Origin: Chrysomallon squamiferum
Taxonomy: Eukaryota > Animalia > Mollusca
Direction: 5' to 3'
NCBI GenBank assembly: GCA_012295275.1
Contig: CM022672.1
Span: forward strand, 17,298,001-17,362,000
Length of the DNA: 64,000 nucleotides
Position 1 is the stretch's first letter. Every line of letters starts with the position of its first letter. A program made the translations under genes and the position numbers. The notes beneath the pieces were generated by a model. It saw only the letters and a program-made list of their open reading frames with translations. It made no database searches and was not told the origin of the DNA. Below are positions 61,856-64,000 of this stretch, piece by piece.

Positions 61856-61911
<56 letters not shown>
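61856..61911. repeat. (GA)n microsatellite
   Basis: Seen directly. Confidence 0.95.
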
Positions 61912-61915
<4 letters not shown>

Positions 61916-63000
61916 AAAGAGTAAAATAAATAAACTTATATTTCTTATTCTCCTTTCAAATTTTTTCTATTTATATATGAAATATATTATAAATGTTGAT
62001 ATTATATGACTATTATAAAAATATATATATTTTACAAAGGTTTTGCTTTGAATGCCTATTCCAAGAAATAAATATTTTTTTAATTGTTTAATCTAAAATC
62101 AGTTGTTTTGTTTTTCTTTTCAAATATGTAAAACTTACAATATTGAAATATTTTTTTTAGAGATATTAAGTGTCTAGTTAGACAAGGCATTTTAGAGAAG
62201 GCATAATTTTTTGTTCAGAGAAACAGGATCCTTTATCTTGGATAGGATAATATGTCTTTAAGAAATTTGTATACAACACTGGTAACTGTGACCTTTCAGA
62301 TCAGATGTGAGTTATAAACATTTTTGGGGATTACTCACTCCATAAACTTCCGTTTGGTTCCTCATTCATTCCAGTAACACGTTTAGTTTCAGAGATAGAG
62401 ACAAAACATTTGATATTTCTGTCTGAAAATGAGACATCCAGCAAATAACAGTATTCACAAAAGTGCTCTAAAACACACCTTAACAGCTATCAATATTTGC
62501 CAATGAATCAACGAGATACGGTGCATATATGTAGAAGTGTGTGTGTTTGTGTATATACACACATTTTAAAGAAAATATCAAGACTGAAGATGTTTATATC
62601 ACTCCATTGCTGTTGGTTAATGTTCAATACTTGGCCATGTGACTCAAGACATGGTTCAATGTGGTGGGTCACAGTTATGATGATATCTCTCAGACAAAAA
62701 GGACATCATTATAAACCCTATTTAAAGTAAGTTAAAACTGTTTATAGTCATTTGTAATACATAACATTTAGCAATAAAGAGTTTGGAGTTATCAGTCCAT
62801 TAAAGAAAAATAAAAGAACATTGATTAAATATAGAAATCACAAAAAATGTATCATCAGAATATTGTAAAATAAATATTAATGCTGTTGGTTGGTGGATTT
62901 GTATGATAAATACTCTTTACAAAATACCTTCAAAGACTGAGTGTACAAGCCATTCAATGACCGTTTGTCAAAAATATGTATTTTTTATTTATTTATTTTA

Positions 63001-63006
<6 letters not shown>

Positions 63007-63062
<56 letters not shown>

Positions 63063-63570
63063 ATTTTATTATTATTATTAATATTATTATTTTTTAACAT
63101 TTTGTCTTTGTTAATAAAAAATTATAAGAATAATCATTTTAAATAATCTGTAATCAAATGATCATCATCTTTATGTTTAGATTAATGTCCTGGCATTTGC
63201 TACAATTCAAAGTGCATATAAATGTCTATAATAAAAACCTTAAAGGATGGAGAGATAATAAACTAAAAGTAATGTATAATAACAATATACATTTAAATGA
63301 ATGTAATCCATTTTGTAACCAAACAGTTAACAATGTTTTTTTGGCAGGAATCATTTATCCTTTAATTTCCAGTGATCCATGTGAAGGGACTTAACTCTTA
63401 CATTGCATAAAATAAATATTTTCTTCGAAATTGTTATTTACTTGTGAATATAATTTTTTTAAAAACCAGAAAAAAAAAAAAAAGAATTCTGTGAGATTAT
63501 ATTTTTGATGAATAAAGATTAACTATTTCTTTATTGTCTGTAGATATTATTATTATTATTATTATTATTA

Positions 63571-63616
<46 letters not shown>

Positions 63617-63823
63617 ATTAAACAATTAAAATCAAAAACACAAATACAAATGGAAGAGAAAATTAATTTTATTTTTAAATTATTTAATATTTTTACATCA
63701 AACCATTTTACATACAGTTTGTATTACATACATAATTTTCTAGTACAGGATTTAGTTACGAACTTGAGAACATTAAGATGGAATTATAGAATGTTTTATA
63801 TATACATTATGCTTTTGTGTGTG

Positions 63824-63871
<48 letters not shown>
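63007..63871. repeat. (TTA)n tracts at 63007-63060 and 63546-63613 and (TG)n at 63827-63871
   Basis: Seen directly. Confidence 0.9.
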
Positions 63872-63873
<2 letters not shown>

Positions 63874-64000
63874 CAAAACCAGCTACTTGCATTGCCCTCC
63901 AAAATTCTGAACTTTGATTTTTAAAAGCATTTTTTTATCCAAATTGATTTAAAATAAACTAGTTATGAACTAACAATGAACTGATGGTAGTCCACCCTCT

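Noticed and set aside
1180-63910. Remaining 60-130 aa ORFs in the supplied track
   Set aside because: They are translations of poly-T/A, (TAT)n, (GT)n and (GTA)n tracts or AT-rich intron, with no coding signature.

Overview
Very AT-rich, CpG-depleted animal genomic DNA with many microsatellites. A gastropod mollusc is my inference from the repeat family and is unverified. I can assemble two spliced genes, arranged head-to-head around a CpG-retaining promoter at about 52.4-53.8 kb. (1) Minus strand, 6861-52942: an abLIM/UNC-115/dematin-family actin-binding gene of 16 coding exons and about 606 aa. It has the abLIM-anchor motif and a C-terminal villin headpiece, but I found no LIM exons, and the N-terminus looks myristoylated (MGQKQGK). 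Its second exon is one base too long for the frame, giving CCG-TGA-A with the ORF continuing in +1. This could be an assembly indel, a null allele, a programmed +1 frameshift, or dual-frame use of the exon. (2) Plus strand, 53405-60366: an intact six-exon failed axon connections (FAX/FAXC, metaxin/GST-like) homologue of 296 aa. Also present: a possible nested same-strand uORF-rich transcript in the 24.8-kb first intron, microexons and YCAY clusters, a triplicated hairpin with a compensatory base-pair change downstream of the stop, decayed tRNA-SINE-like fragments and several minisatellites. Most ORFs in the supplied track are low-complexity artefacts. All gene models were read by eye, with no transcript or database support.
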